IMG/VR virus record: IMGVR_UViG_3300032229_000533
Location: 96,001 to 160,000 of that record
Reading direction: 5' to 3' (one strand)
DNA length: 64,000 nucleotides
From: a virus
Within the stretch, counting starts at the first letter, position 1. Every line of letters begins with the position of its first letter. Of this stretch, positions 39,740-47,784 are shown in pieces. The notes under the pieces were generated by a model. It was not told the DNA's origin. It searched no databases and saw only the letters and a list, made by a program, of their open reading frames with translations. The position numbers and the translations under genes were made by a program.

Positions 39740-40330
39740 ATGAAAGTTATATTTTTGGACCATGATGGAGTAATTTGTCTATCCACAGAGTGGGGAGGTC
39801 GTTACAAAAAAAGAGATAAGTGGGGAGGTGCTAAATTATCTATGTCACCAACGTCAATGCCTGTTGAATACCGTTTTGACAATTTCAATCAAAAGGCAAT
39901 TAAAGTACTTAATGAAATTCTAGAAGAAACAGGTGCCGAAATTGTAGTATCATCTGATTGGAAACGTTGGGCAACCGTTGAGGAAATGGGTGAGTATTAC
40001 GAATCAAAAGGTATTAGTAAAAAACCAATTGCGTTTACACCCGATTTAGGTCAATGTACTTGGCATAATGAAAATGTTTGGGTTTGGTCAAAAGAATGGG
40101 ATTTAGAAATGTGTCGTGTGATTGAAATTAAACAATACTTACACGACCATCCTGAAATCACCCATTGGGTTTCAATTGACGACCTTGATATGGGCAAAAC
40201 AGGTAAAAAATGGGGTATAGAGTTTGAACATGACTGGGCTTTAGATAATTTTGTCTTAACGCCAAGAGGTAACGAAGGAATTAAACAATCAGGAATAAAA
40301 GAAAAAATATTTAAATTTTTAAATGACTAA
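39740..40330 (+). CDS. HAD domain protein (Swiss-Army-Knife RNA-repair-like)
   Basis: FLDHDGVI, IVVSSDW, IKQYL..WVSIDDLD; TATATTTG promoter at 39730-39737. Confidence 0.7.
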   Translation: MKVIFLDHDGVICLSTEWGGRYKKRDKWGGAKLSMSPTSMPVEYRFDNFNQKAIKVLNEILEETGAEIVVSSDWKRWATVEEMGEYYESKGISKKPIAFTPDLGQCTWHNENVWVWSKEWDLEMCRVIEIKQYLHDHPEITHWVSIDDLDMGKTGKKWGIEFEHDWALDNFVLTPRGNEGIKQSGIKEKIFKFLND

Positions 40331-40508
40331 TATTAAAGAAATTTTGGAAAAAGAAGGACCGATGTTAAAATTATCTAATGTTGCCCCTGAAGGGTTTGTT
40401 TTGGTCCATGAAAAAACAATAGAGGATTTAAAAGATTTTGATACTTGGAAATCTTGGAAAAATAATGATATAACTATTAAAGAACTAAACAATAAAAACT
40501 TTGAATAA
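40323..40508 (+). CDS. hypothetical protein
   Basis: 61-aa coupled ORF. Confidence 0.5.
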   Translation: MTNIKEILEKEGPMLKLSNVAPEGFVLVHEKTIEDLKDFDTWKSWKNNDITIKELNNKNFE

Positions 40509-40511
40509 AGT

Positions 40512-40694
40512 ATGAGTAAATTATATAGAACTAAATCATCTGTAATTGCTGGTGTATGTAAAGGATTAGGGGATTATTTTAATATTGATGAATCACTAAT
40601 TAGGATTTTATTTGTCATATTGTTATTTACACCATTTCCAATCATTTTAACATATTTATTACTATGGATATCATTTCCTGAAAAAGAAATATGA
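40512..40694 (+). CDS. PspC-domain membrane protein
   Basis: LYR..SVIAGVCKGLGDYFNID..LIRILFV..YLLLWI. Confidence 0.85.
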   Translation: MSKLYRTKSSVIAGVCKGLGDYFNIDESLIRILFVILLFTPFPIILTYLLLWISFPEKEI

Positions 40695-40862
40695 GAAAAA
40701 TAAAAGAACTATTTGTAAATTTTTTTAAATTAATTTTTAAAATCAAAACAAAAAAAATTAAAGTAGACGAAATTATTGAACCTGAGGTTAAAAGATTAAC
40801 TTATACAAAGAGAACCGACAATTAGTCGGTTTTTTTTATTTACCTCAAACTATTTATATTAC

Positions 40863-42032
40863 ATGAGTAGTCAAACAAAATTAATTAAAGATATATTATC
40901 AATTTACGATACAATTCTTGAAAACAAGAATATATCTGAAGCCAGCGACGTATACGACAACGTAGATTTTGAAAATATTGGTCATGGTAATCCTTCATCT
41001 GATAATATTAATACAGCTCTTTTACAGGACGTTCAAACAGCTGCAAAGTCCGCTGGTCTTAAAGTAGATATTACAACTGCAGTAAGTGGTCATGGTACAA
41101 AAACTAAAAGTGGTAATACGAGTAGACACCCATCAGGAAACGCTGTTGATATTGCAAAAATTAATGATAAGGCAGTAAGTTTATCTAATCGTGCTGATGC
41201 AGATAAATTAGTCGCTGCGTTAGTATCAATGGGTTACACCAAAAATTCCGAAGGACCAAGTAACCCTAAGGCGGTTTTAACTTTTGGAGTTCAAGGTCAT
41301 GACGACCACGTTCACGTATCAAATACTACTTCATCTACAAGTCAGGCTCCAAAAACGTCTTCAAATACAACAACTTCAAGTGATGATACCTCATCAAGTG
41401 AAGCAACATCATCAAGTGAAACATCAACGACAACTAAGAATAGTAAAGGTAATTCATTTGCAAGGGAAATTGGAAAGTCTATATTAAACGCAGTTGGAAT
41501 TAACGAAGAAAAAGTATATTCAAGTTTTGGAGATAATATACAATCAAGATATGGTACAATTGTAATACCAAAAGAAAATAATACAAAGATTAAAAGTCCT
41601 GTAGAGGGTGTAATAACAAGTTATTATACTTCAGATTGTGATAATCAAATTGTTATTAAATTTGATAATGGTGGTAATATAGGATATTTGGAATACTGTG
41701 GTATCTCAACAATTTTAGTTCGTGATGGACAAACTGTTAGTAAAGGAACAATAATTGGTAAAACAGATTCAGATGTTAGAGTTACCTTATACGATTTAAA
41801 TAAAAAAAGAGAAAATATTAATACAGATAAAGAAAAAAAATTAAAAGATAAAGACAAGGATAAAGATAAGGATAAAGACAAAAATAAGAGTAAAGAACGT
41901 GATTTATACGGTAAAAACGAATATTCAAAACTTTTTATTAATTCATACAGAAATTTAAAAAAATCTTTTAAACCAAAAGACACCAAAAAAATAGAAGAAA
42001 ATATAAATAGAATTAAAGGTCTATTAAAATAA
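40863..42032 (+). CDS. putative virion-associated peptidoglycan peptidase (M15/LAS fold plus degenerate M23-like domain)
   Basis: SRHPSGNAVDIA and HDDHVHV Zn ligands; KSPVEGVI..VRDGQTVSKGTIIG; S/T linker and DK repeats. Confidence 0.6.
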   Translation: MSSQTKLIKDILSIYDTILENKNISEASDVYDNVDFENIGHGNPSSDNINTALLQDVQTAAKSAGLKVDITTAVSGHGTKTKSGNTSRHPSGNAVDIAKINDKAVSLSNRADADKLVAALVSMGYTKNSEGPSNPKAVLTFGVQGHDDHVHVSNTTSSTSQAPKTSSNTTTSSDDTSSSEATSSSETSTTTKNSKGNSFAREIGKSILNAVGINEEKVYSSFGDNIQSRYGTIVIPKENNTKIKSPVEGVITSYYTSDCDNQIVIKFDNGGNIGYLEYCGISTILVRDGQTVSKGTIIGKTDSDVRVTLYDLNKKRENINTDKEKKLKDKDKDKDKDKDKNKSKERDLYGKNEYSKLFINSYRNLKKSFKPKDTKKIEENINRIKGLLK

Positions 42033-42061
42033 AAAAACCCACCGATTGGTGGGTTTTTTGT
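42031..42061. terminator. bidirectional intrinsic terminator
   Basis: AAACCCACC/GGTGGGTTT stem with flanking A/T tracts. Confidence 0.8.
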
Positions 42062-42077
42062 TTCAGTTAAAATCTAA

Positions 42078-42248
42078 TTACTTAGTTTCAACTTTAGCGG
42101 TATCAACTACAGTTGCAGTTGAATCAACTACCATTGTTGAATCAACGGCTACTACTGTAGAATCTGTTGATTTAACTTCAGTTGTTGATGTTCCGTTTTC
42201 GCAAGATGCTAATGCCACGATTGCGAATAATGCTACGATTTGTTTCAT
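42078..42248 (-). CDS. 56-aa lipoprotein (not in ORF track)
   Basis: Manual translation MKQIVALFAIVALASCENGTSTTEVKSTDSTVVAVDSTMVVDSTATVVDTAKVETK; LASC lipobox. Confidence 0.75.
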   Translation of the reverse strand: MKQIVALFAIVALASCENGTSTTEVKSTDSTVVAVDSTMVVDSTATVVDTAKVETK

Positions 42249-42353
42249 AATTGTTTGTTTTGTTTTATTTATAAATTATTTTAATTGTTTCGTTATTGAT
42301 TTAATAAGTATAGGTAAAGGTGAGATAATTGTCAATTATTGGTAATTAATTTT

Positions 42354-43619
42354 TTAAATCATCCAAGAACTAACTTCTTCTAATGACTTGTAAGTTAATT
42401 CATTAAGAGAATTTAAAATTTCCTCAACGTTATTTGGGTCTACACCACCAATTGACATTCTAAACCATCCTTTATTTTCTTTTGAACCAAAATATTCAAA
42501 AGGTACTAACCCAATACCACATCTATTAATTAAAAATTTGGTATAACTTTCAATATTTGTAAATGATAAAGACTCACCCAAATAAATTGAAATATAGATT
42601 CCACCTTCAGGTCTTTGGTAATCAATACGGAATCCTTTATCTTTTAATTCTTGGATTTTATCACATATTTTGTTTGAAATATCTGAATATTGTTTTGTTT
42701 TTGACTTAACAAATTCAACCATATCCTCATAATCATTTAGATATTTTGCAACAGCGTTTTGTTCTGGTTTAGGTGCCCAAGCTCCAATGTGCGAGAAAAC
42801 TTCTGTCATCTTACCTATGATGTCCTGTGGACCAAACATCCAACCAACTCTAATACCTGTTGCACATAATGATTTAGAAATACCATCCACACAAATCAAA
42901 TAGTCACGGACTTCAGGACATAATGTTAATGGGTGAACAAATGAACCCTCAACAGTTAAGTCAGAGTATATTTGGTCAAAGAACAAATACAACGGTCTTG
43001 AACCTACCTGTGATTCTCTAATCTTATTCTCGTTTACTACCAATTCACAGATACTCTTTAATACCTCAGGATTGATTACACGACCTGTTGGGTTTTGAGG
43101 AGAACAAATACAAATTAAAGATGTTTTGTCATTAATTGCCGTGTCAATATCTGACGCTGTTGGAAAAAACGAGTTCTCAGGTTTACATTCAATTTCTTGT
43201 TTAACCGCCCCATGTAAAAAACTATAGTGGTTGTTGTTCCAAGATGGAACAGGATAGATAACTCCATCACCGTCATTAACCAACGCTTTATAAACCGTAT
43301 AGATTAACGGACGAACTCCACCACCAACTAATATCTCATTTTCGGTATAATCAATACCTTGTCTTTTCTTTAGGTATTCACTAACCGATTGTCGTAAATT
43401 TAATTGACCTGCAGACAATGGATAATTGGTTAGGTTTTCATTATAAGAATCAACAATGTAATTTTTTAGTTTTTCTGGGATTGGATTTATACTTGAATCA
43501 AAATCACCAATTGTTAAATTTTGGACTTTTTTTGTTTTTGAAATCTCTTTGATTTGTTGAGAGATTTTGATGATTTCAGAACCTACAATGTTGTTTCCTA
43601 CGTGCGATAATTTTTTCAT
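42354..43619 (-). CDS. class I/II PLP-dependent aminotransferase (AspC-like)
   Basis: SPQNPTG, FDQIY, DGISKSLCATGIRVGW (PLP Lys), P.GGIY, WFRMS. Confidence 0.85.
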   Translation of the reverse strand: MKKLSHVGNNIVGSEIIKISQQIKEISKTKKVQNLTIGDFDSSINPIPEKLKNYIVDSYNENLTNYPLSAGQLNLRQSVSEYLKKRQGIDYTENEILVGGGVRPLIYTVYKALVNDGDGVIYPVPSWNNNHYSFLHGAVKQEIECKPENSFFPTASDIDTAINDKTSLICICSPQNPTGRVINPEVLKSICELVVNENKIRESQVGSRPLYLFFDQIYSDLTVEGSFVHPLTLCPEVRDYLICVDGISKSLCATGIRVGWMFGPQDIIGKMTEVFSHIGAWAPKPEQNAVAKYLNDYEDMVEFVKSKTKQYSDISNKICDKIQELKDKGFRIDYQRPEGGIYISIYLGESLSFTNIESYTKFLINRCGIGLVPFEYFGSKENKGWFRMSIGGVDPNNVEEILNSLNELTYKSLEEVSSWMI

Positions 43620-43658
43620 GTTGCAAATGTAATACTTTATTTTTGTTTTTCAAAATTT

Positions 43659-43747
43659 TGGCGGAAGGTGAGGGGCTCGAACCCTCGCGACTTTTACATC
43701 CTATCAGTTTAGCAAACTGACCCCTTCACCAACTTGGGTAACCTTCC
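43659..43747 (-). tRNA. tRNA-Ser(GCT)
   Basis: Cloverleaf, loop TTGCTAA, long variable arm, CCA encoded. Confidence 0.92.
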
Positions 43748-43748
43748 A

Positions 43749-44069
43749 TTATTTTATTAACTCCAATAGAACATAAGTTAATTTATATCCTGTAAATGCC
43801 CCAAGAGCAGATGGGATTGGAAACACAATCATCTTACCTAAATCGGTAACATACTTTGGTCTGTTAACAATCTTACCCATAAAAAAATAATAGGTGATAT
43901 ATCCTAACAATACCGCCAAATCTGTCTTGGTTGCAATGAATACAACTAATGTTGCACCTATAAATCCAAAGACAAAATTATCTCTAACTCCTTCCCATAT
44001 TTCGTATGGGGTGGCATCTTTATACTCTTTAACAATTTTTTGAAATGATTTTCTATTTCTCTTAAACAT
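43749..44069 (-). CDS. membrane protein
   Basis: Hydrophobic segments; 106 aa. Confidence 0.55.
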   Translation of the reverse strand: MFKRNRKSFQKIVKEYKDATPYEIWEGVRDNFVFGFIGATLVVFIATKTDLAVLLGYITYYFFMGKIVNRPKYVTDLGKMIVFPIPSALGAFTGYKLTYVLLELIK

Positions 44070-44084
44070 ACTCTAATTTTTTTG

Positions 44085-44158
44085 TCGGAATGGGTGGAAT
44101 TGAACCACCGACCATTTGCGTATAAGGCAACCGCTTCTCACCACTGAGCTACATTCCG
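44085..44158 (-). tRNA. tRNA-Ile(TAT)
   Basis: CGGAATG/CATTCCG acceptor, loop CTTATAC, TTCAATT T-loop. Confidence 0.85.
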
Positions 44159-44233
44159 TATCATACAAATATAAAAAAAATCCCTCTGAATTTCAAACTC
44201 AGAGGGATAAATTATTTTTAATAAAAAATTATT

Positions 44234-44704
44234 TTATTTTAAGAATCTCAATTTATAAATAGTACTGTAAATTAATTCTTGAACAGTATCAATTTGATTT
44301 TGAATAAAAGACTCTTTAACTGACTTTCTATTTTTTTCAATATTTTCATCTAACCCTTTAAAGTAAGTTATTAGTTGCTCTGTTGATTTATAATCAACCA
44401 TTTTAATTGTTTTATATCCTGTTAACAAATCGTTTTTACCTTGGTAGCTCTCAACAATTCCGTCAATTAGTTCAACAATCCCATCGTAATACGTACCTAA
44501 TGCAGTATGTTCAGCAAATGATGATTGTGATTTTGTTTGCCAATGAAATACATGTGCCTGACTTCTTGAATGAAGTAATGTTGAAATCATATCAACAATA
44601 TCCCCATCCTCAGCAATATCATCAGCAGTTTCTTTTTTTTCGGCTTCACTCAACTGTATTACTTTATACAATTGTTCTTTTGTCAATGTTACTCTTTTTT
44701 CCAT
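44234..44704 (-). CDS. ferritin-like DUF5856-type protein
   Basis: QAHVFHWQT..SFAEHTALG.YYD..D.IVESYQG; true start at 44704 (track extension overlaps a tRNA). Confidence 0.65.
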   Translation of the reverse strand: MEKRVTLTKEQLYKVIQLSEAEKKETADDIAEDGDIVDMISTLLHSRSQAHVFHWQTKSQSSFAEHTALGTYYDGIVELIDGIVESYQGKNDLLTGYKTIKMVDYKSTEQLITYFKGLDENIEKNRKSVKESFIQNQIDTVQELIYSTIYKLRFLK

Positions 44705-44742
44705 ACATATAAATACCTTGCCATTTGGAAAAAAATTATTTG

Positions 44743-44814
44743 TACCGATGGGAAGAATTGAACTTCCGACAACTTGGATATGAATCAAGTGCTCTACCAC
44801 TGAACTACATCGGC
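44743..44814 (-). tRNA. tRNA-Met(CAT), probably elongator
   Basis: Loop TTCATAT; paired G1.U72 (not initiator-like); Met versus Ile2 is inferred. Confidence 0.8.
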
Positions 44815-44819
44815 ATTAG

Positions 44820-44894
44820 TGGTTTCATAGGGACTCGAACCCCAACGTCTTTTCGTCCGTAGCGAAATGTTTTATCCAATTAAACTATAAAACC
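44820..44894 (-). tRNA. tRNA-Arg(ACG)
   Basis: TTTCG-CTACGGA-CGAAA anticodon arm. Confidence 0.85.
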
Positions 44895-45557
44895 ATTGTT
44901 GTATTTTTGATAATATTTAACCCATTTTCTAATTGCATTATCACTAACATTATATTTTTTACCTGTCCCAACGTAACCAAACTTTTCAATCTCATCTATC
45001 AAATTGTTGTAGTCAGGTCTTTCTGTTTTTCGTCTATCTTTATAATATTCTTCTTTCTCCTTAGTAAAAATTTTTCTCATATCTTCTTTATATGTTTTAC
45101 TTTTTGTGTTTTTACCACAGTGAGTTGGTAGAGTTGCATTACAGTTTGGACAAACTATTCTTAAATTCTCAATCCTATTATCATTCCAAACCCCATTGAT
45201 ATGGTCAATAATTAACGACATCTTTTTTCCCATCCATTCCTCACCTTGACCACATAATTCGCAATTTCTTTTTTTGATACCTGTTTCATATAACCTTTCC
45301 TTCAATCGGCTCCTATTATATGAGGACCCTTCAGTTAGAATATCATCTAATTGAATGGTTTTTTCTTTGGTTGATTGATTTAATTTTTCAATTCTAACTT
45401 CGTCAGGATTAAAGTGGTCTACATTTATATTATATTTTTTCAAATATTTTTTTAAGGTATTAAAATTACCTCCTGCAGCTCTTAACCCAAGTTTATGTAA
45501 ACACTCTGTTTGTGTTTTAGAATTTTTAACAATTTCATCTAATTTAATTTTATCCAT
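44880..45557 (-). CDS. HNH endonuclease (free-standing, homing-like)
   Basis: CELCG..IDHING..NDNRIENLRIVCPNCNA; own late promoter motif; stop codon lies inside tRNA-Arg. Confidence 0.85.
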   Translation of the reverse strand: MDKIKLDEIVKNSKTQTECLHKLGLRAAGGNFNTLKKYLKKYNINVDHFNPDEVRIEKLNQSTKEKTIQLDDILTEGSSYNRSRLKERLYETGIKKRNCELCGQGEEWMGKKMSLIIDHINGVWNDNRIENLRIVCPNCNATLPTHCGKNTKSKTYKEDMRKIFTKEKEEYYKDRRKTERPDYNNLIDEIEKFGYVGTGKKYNVSDNAIRKWVKYYQKYNNGFIV

Positions 45558-45621
45558 AATTCGAACCTTTAATTATAAATATGTCGAACCATGTAAAAAT
45601 TTATAGTAGAAATAAAAAAAG

Positions 45622-45692
45622 TTGTCCCTGGAGGATTCGAACCTCCACAATTTCCGTCAAAGGGAAATGTCCTGCCATTAGACGAAAGGACA
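45622..45692 (-). tRNA. tRNA-Gln(TTG)
   Basis: TTTCC-CTTTGAC-GGAAA arm. Confidence 0.9.
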
Positions 45693-45699
45693 ATTTGTG

Positions 45700-45781
45700 T
45701 GGGAGTAGTAGGACTCGAACCTACGAACTCAAAAGAGGTTTGATTTACAGTCAAATGCAGTTGCCGCTGTGCCATACTCCC
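45700..45781 (-). tRNA. tRNA-Tyr(GTA)
   Basis: Loop CTGTAAA, long variable arm. Confidence 0.9.
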
Positions 45782-45786
45782 ATTAG

Positions 45787-45858
45787 CACGGATGGAGAAT
45801 TACGATATCCCGACACCTAGTTTTGGAGACTAGTGCTCTGCCCCTGAGCTACATCCGT
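45787..45858 (-). tRNA. tRNA-Trp(CCA), atypical T-loop
   Basis: CTAGT-CTCCAAA-ACTAG arm; T-loop ATCGTAA. Confidence 0.8.
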
Positions 45859-45870
45859 ATTTTTTTTTTG

Positions 45871-45941
45871 AGGTCGGTATAGGATTTGAACCTATGTAAG
45901 CGGTTTTGCAGACCGACGCCTAACCACTCGGCCAACCGACC
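45871..45941 (-). tRNA. tRNA-Cys(GCA)
   Basis: Loop CTGCAAA, U73 discriminator. Confidence 0.92.
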
Positions 45942-45947
45942 TTTTAG

Positions 45948-46022
45948 TGTCCCCGATGGGACTCGAACCCATGACTCCTTCATTAAAAGTGAAGTGCTCT
46001 AAACCAACTGAGCTACGAAGAC
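45948..46022 (-). tRNA. tRNA-Lys(TTT)
   Basis: CTTCA-CTTTTAA-TGAAG arm. Confidence 0.92.
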
Positions 46023-46028
46023 ATTAAG

Positions 46029-46100
46029 TTGTCACGATAGGATTTGAACCTATGACCGCTTCCGTATCAGAGAAGAACTCTACCACTGAGTTACGTGACA
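46029..46100 (-). tRNA. tRNA-Ile(GAT)
   Basis: Loop CTGATAC. Confidence 0.9.
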
Positions 46101-46107
46101 ATAAAAT

Positions 46108-46440
46108 TTATTGTGGTAAAAAAAACATGTTAACAATTACATCCCAAAACCAATTTCTTGGAATTTCTTCACATTCAATTCTACCATTTTGAAAATACGT
46201 TGTTTTATAATACATTGTCGGTGACTTTTGAATTAAAACCCTGTGTTTTGGAGTAAACAACATTGTTTCGGTTAATGATTCATATTCTTTGTCCCATTTT
46301 GCAAACACCTCATGCTCCGAACCTTCAATTATTATTTTTCCTATCTTACCTGTCTTCCATTCAACAATTTCAGTTTTTAATTCAAATCTCTGTGAATGTG
46401 ATAATATTGGTAATAAAAGGAACAGAACAATTATTTTCAT
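46108..46440 (-). CDS. hypothetical secreted protein
   Basis: Signal-peptide-like MKIIVLFLLLPILSHSQ. Confidence 0.55.
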   Translation of the reverse strand: MKIIVLFLLLPILSHSQRFELKTEIVEWKTGKIGKIIIEGSEHEVFAKWDKEYESLTETMLFTPKHRVLIQKSPTMYYKTTYFQNGRIECEEIPRNWFWDVIVNMFFLPQ

Positions 46441-46470
46441 TTTTTTATTTTTTTAATTTAAATAATATTG

Positions 46471-46553
46471 CGGAGGATGAGGGAATCGAACCCCCAAGGC
46501 TTTTACACCCAGCTGATTTCAAGTCAGTGTCCTCGTCCATTCGGGCACCCTCC
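46471..46553 (-). tRNA. tRNA-Ser(TGA)
   Basis: Loop CTTGAAA, long variable arm, G73. Confidence 0.9.
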
Positions 46554-46586
46554 GTATAACCGACCTAGCTCGGTAAACACATCGGA

Positions 46587-46665
46587 TGGGGTGACTAACG
46601 GGAGTCGAACCCGCGACCTCTTGAACCACAATCAAGCGCTCTAAACCAACTGAGCTATAGCCAAC
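46587..46665 (-). tRNA. tRNA-His(GTG)
   Basis: Loop TTGTGGT, G-1:C73, CCA encoded. Confidence 0.9.
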
Positions 46666-46674
46666 ATGTAAAAG

Positions 46675-46795
46675 GTAGGGTTGACTTTATCAGGAATCCA
46701 GTCTCACGACTTCACACACCATTAGAGAGTTGGGTATTACTACCTATCCTTAGTGTGTACCCTTGCGTCACGTCTCTCCACGATTATCAACCTAC
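46675..46795 (-). ncRNA. unclassified structured RNA (module C)
   Basis: Closing helix GTAGGTTGA/TCAACCCTAC; GNRA hairpins GGTA-GTAA-TACC and AGTC-GTGA-GACT; crossing GAGAG/CTCTC and ACACAC/GTGTGT. Confidence 0.65.
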
Positions 46796-46813
46796 GCATT
46801 TTACTACCATTTG

Positions 46814-46913
46814 TAGTCAGGACAGGATTCGAACCTGTAATGGTATTATACATTCCCATTTCCCCTATGATTGGGAGTGCCAATGGTTTATAAGCCAATT
46901 CCACCACCTGACT
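46814..46913 (-). tRNA. aberrant type-II tRNA-like RNA 1 (no assignable anticodon)
   Basis: Perfect AGTCAGG/CCTGACT acceptor, A73, canonical T-arm ACAGG-TTCGAAT-CCTGT; 22-nt D-loop and 13-nt anticodon-position loop. Confidence 0.7.
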
Positions 46914-47304
46914 ATTTTATTAACCCCCACACCTCTTTACAATACTTCTCATTCTCAACCGCCTCAATCTCCATCGGGTGATTCTCATACCCATACTTTT
47001 TCAACATCTTATAGTACTTGCTCGCCACAGGTTGTAATGTGTGAGTGTATTCGTGTAATGTTGTTGTAATCAAATCACTAACATTTTTACAATTATTTTT
47101 AAACACTATAATTGTATGAGTGTCGGGACGATATTCACCATACTTCAAAAAGTCATCGTTTTTACTCTGAGATTTCACAATCGCTTTACAAAAACCTTTT
47201 CTTTTATTCACCCCAAACATAACCTCACAAATACCAATTGTTTTATCAACAATTTGTCTAATCTCTTTGTGTGTTAAAGTCTTCAAATTAGTGTTTATTC
47301 TCAT
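46912..47304 (-). CDS. SprT-like HExxH metalloprotease domain protein
   Basis: LHEYTHTLQ..YENHPMEIEA; start at 47304 downstream of TATCTTTG. Confidence 0.6.
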   Translation of the reverse strand: MRINTNLKTLTHKEIRQIVDKTIGICEVMFGVNKRKGFCKAIVKSQSKNDDFLKYGEYRPDTHTIIVFKNNCKNVSDLITTTLHEYTHTLQPVASKYYKMLKKYGYENHPMEIEAVENEKYCKEVWGLIK

Positions 47305-47368
47305 ATTATATCCCCGTTTTGTTACACAAAGATACGGAATATTCCCCAAATCACCAAAAAAAGTTTTG

Positions 47369-47501
47369 TAGTCAAGGTCGGACTCGAACCGAATACCGTT
47401 CTTGACGGATTAGACAACCTTATAACGTCTCGCGTCCAAATGGTTATGGACCGTGGTGTTTTTCGGACTTGGGTACCTTCCCGCATTACGCCCACTTGAC
47501 T
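47369..47501 (-). tRNA. aberrant type-II tRNA-like RNA 2 with ~50-nt D-loop insertion
   Basis: AGTCAAG/CTTGACT acceptor, A73, TCGG-TTCGAGT-CCGA T-arm, CCGT/ACGG variable arm, AGAC/GTCT stem with 11-nt loop. Confidence 0.7.
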
Positions 47502-47504
47502 AAC

Positions 47505-47705
47505 CCCAGTTGTTCGTTCATCTCGGAGATGGGTGCTCCTGCACGTGTTTCCACCCACGGGATGGTAGCTTTTCTCCTCGGTATTGTAGGACCGAGTGCC
47601 TGTTGAGCAACCATTGGCTACTAATGGTTTTGTTTACCCCCTTCACCAGCTTAATGGACTGGCTGCCATATCGGAAGTGGGGGTTTCCTGTTATTTCAGG
47701 ACTTC
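47505..47705 (-). ncRNA. unclassified structured RNA (module B)
   Basis: Serial hairpins CCTG/CAGG, CCAGT/GCTGG, AACCATT/AATGGTT, CTCGGT/ACCGAG, CGTG/CACG, CATCT/AGATG. Confidence 0.55.
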
Positions 47706-47706
47706 G

Positions 47707-47779
47707 TGGTAAGGGTTGGAATCGAACCAACGGCACAGGGATTTTCAGTCCCTTGCTCTACCTACTGAGCTACCATACC
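47707..47779 (-). tRNA. tRNA-Phe(GAA)
   Basis: AGGGA-CTGAAAA-TCCCT arm. Confidence 0.92.
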
Positions 47780-47784
47780 AAATT

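Noticed and set aside
47369-47501. Group I intron-containing tRNA-Leu
   Set aside because: The insert is about 50 nt, far too short, lies in the D-loop rather than the anticodon loop, and has no P7 core.
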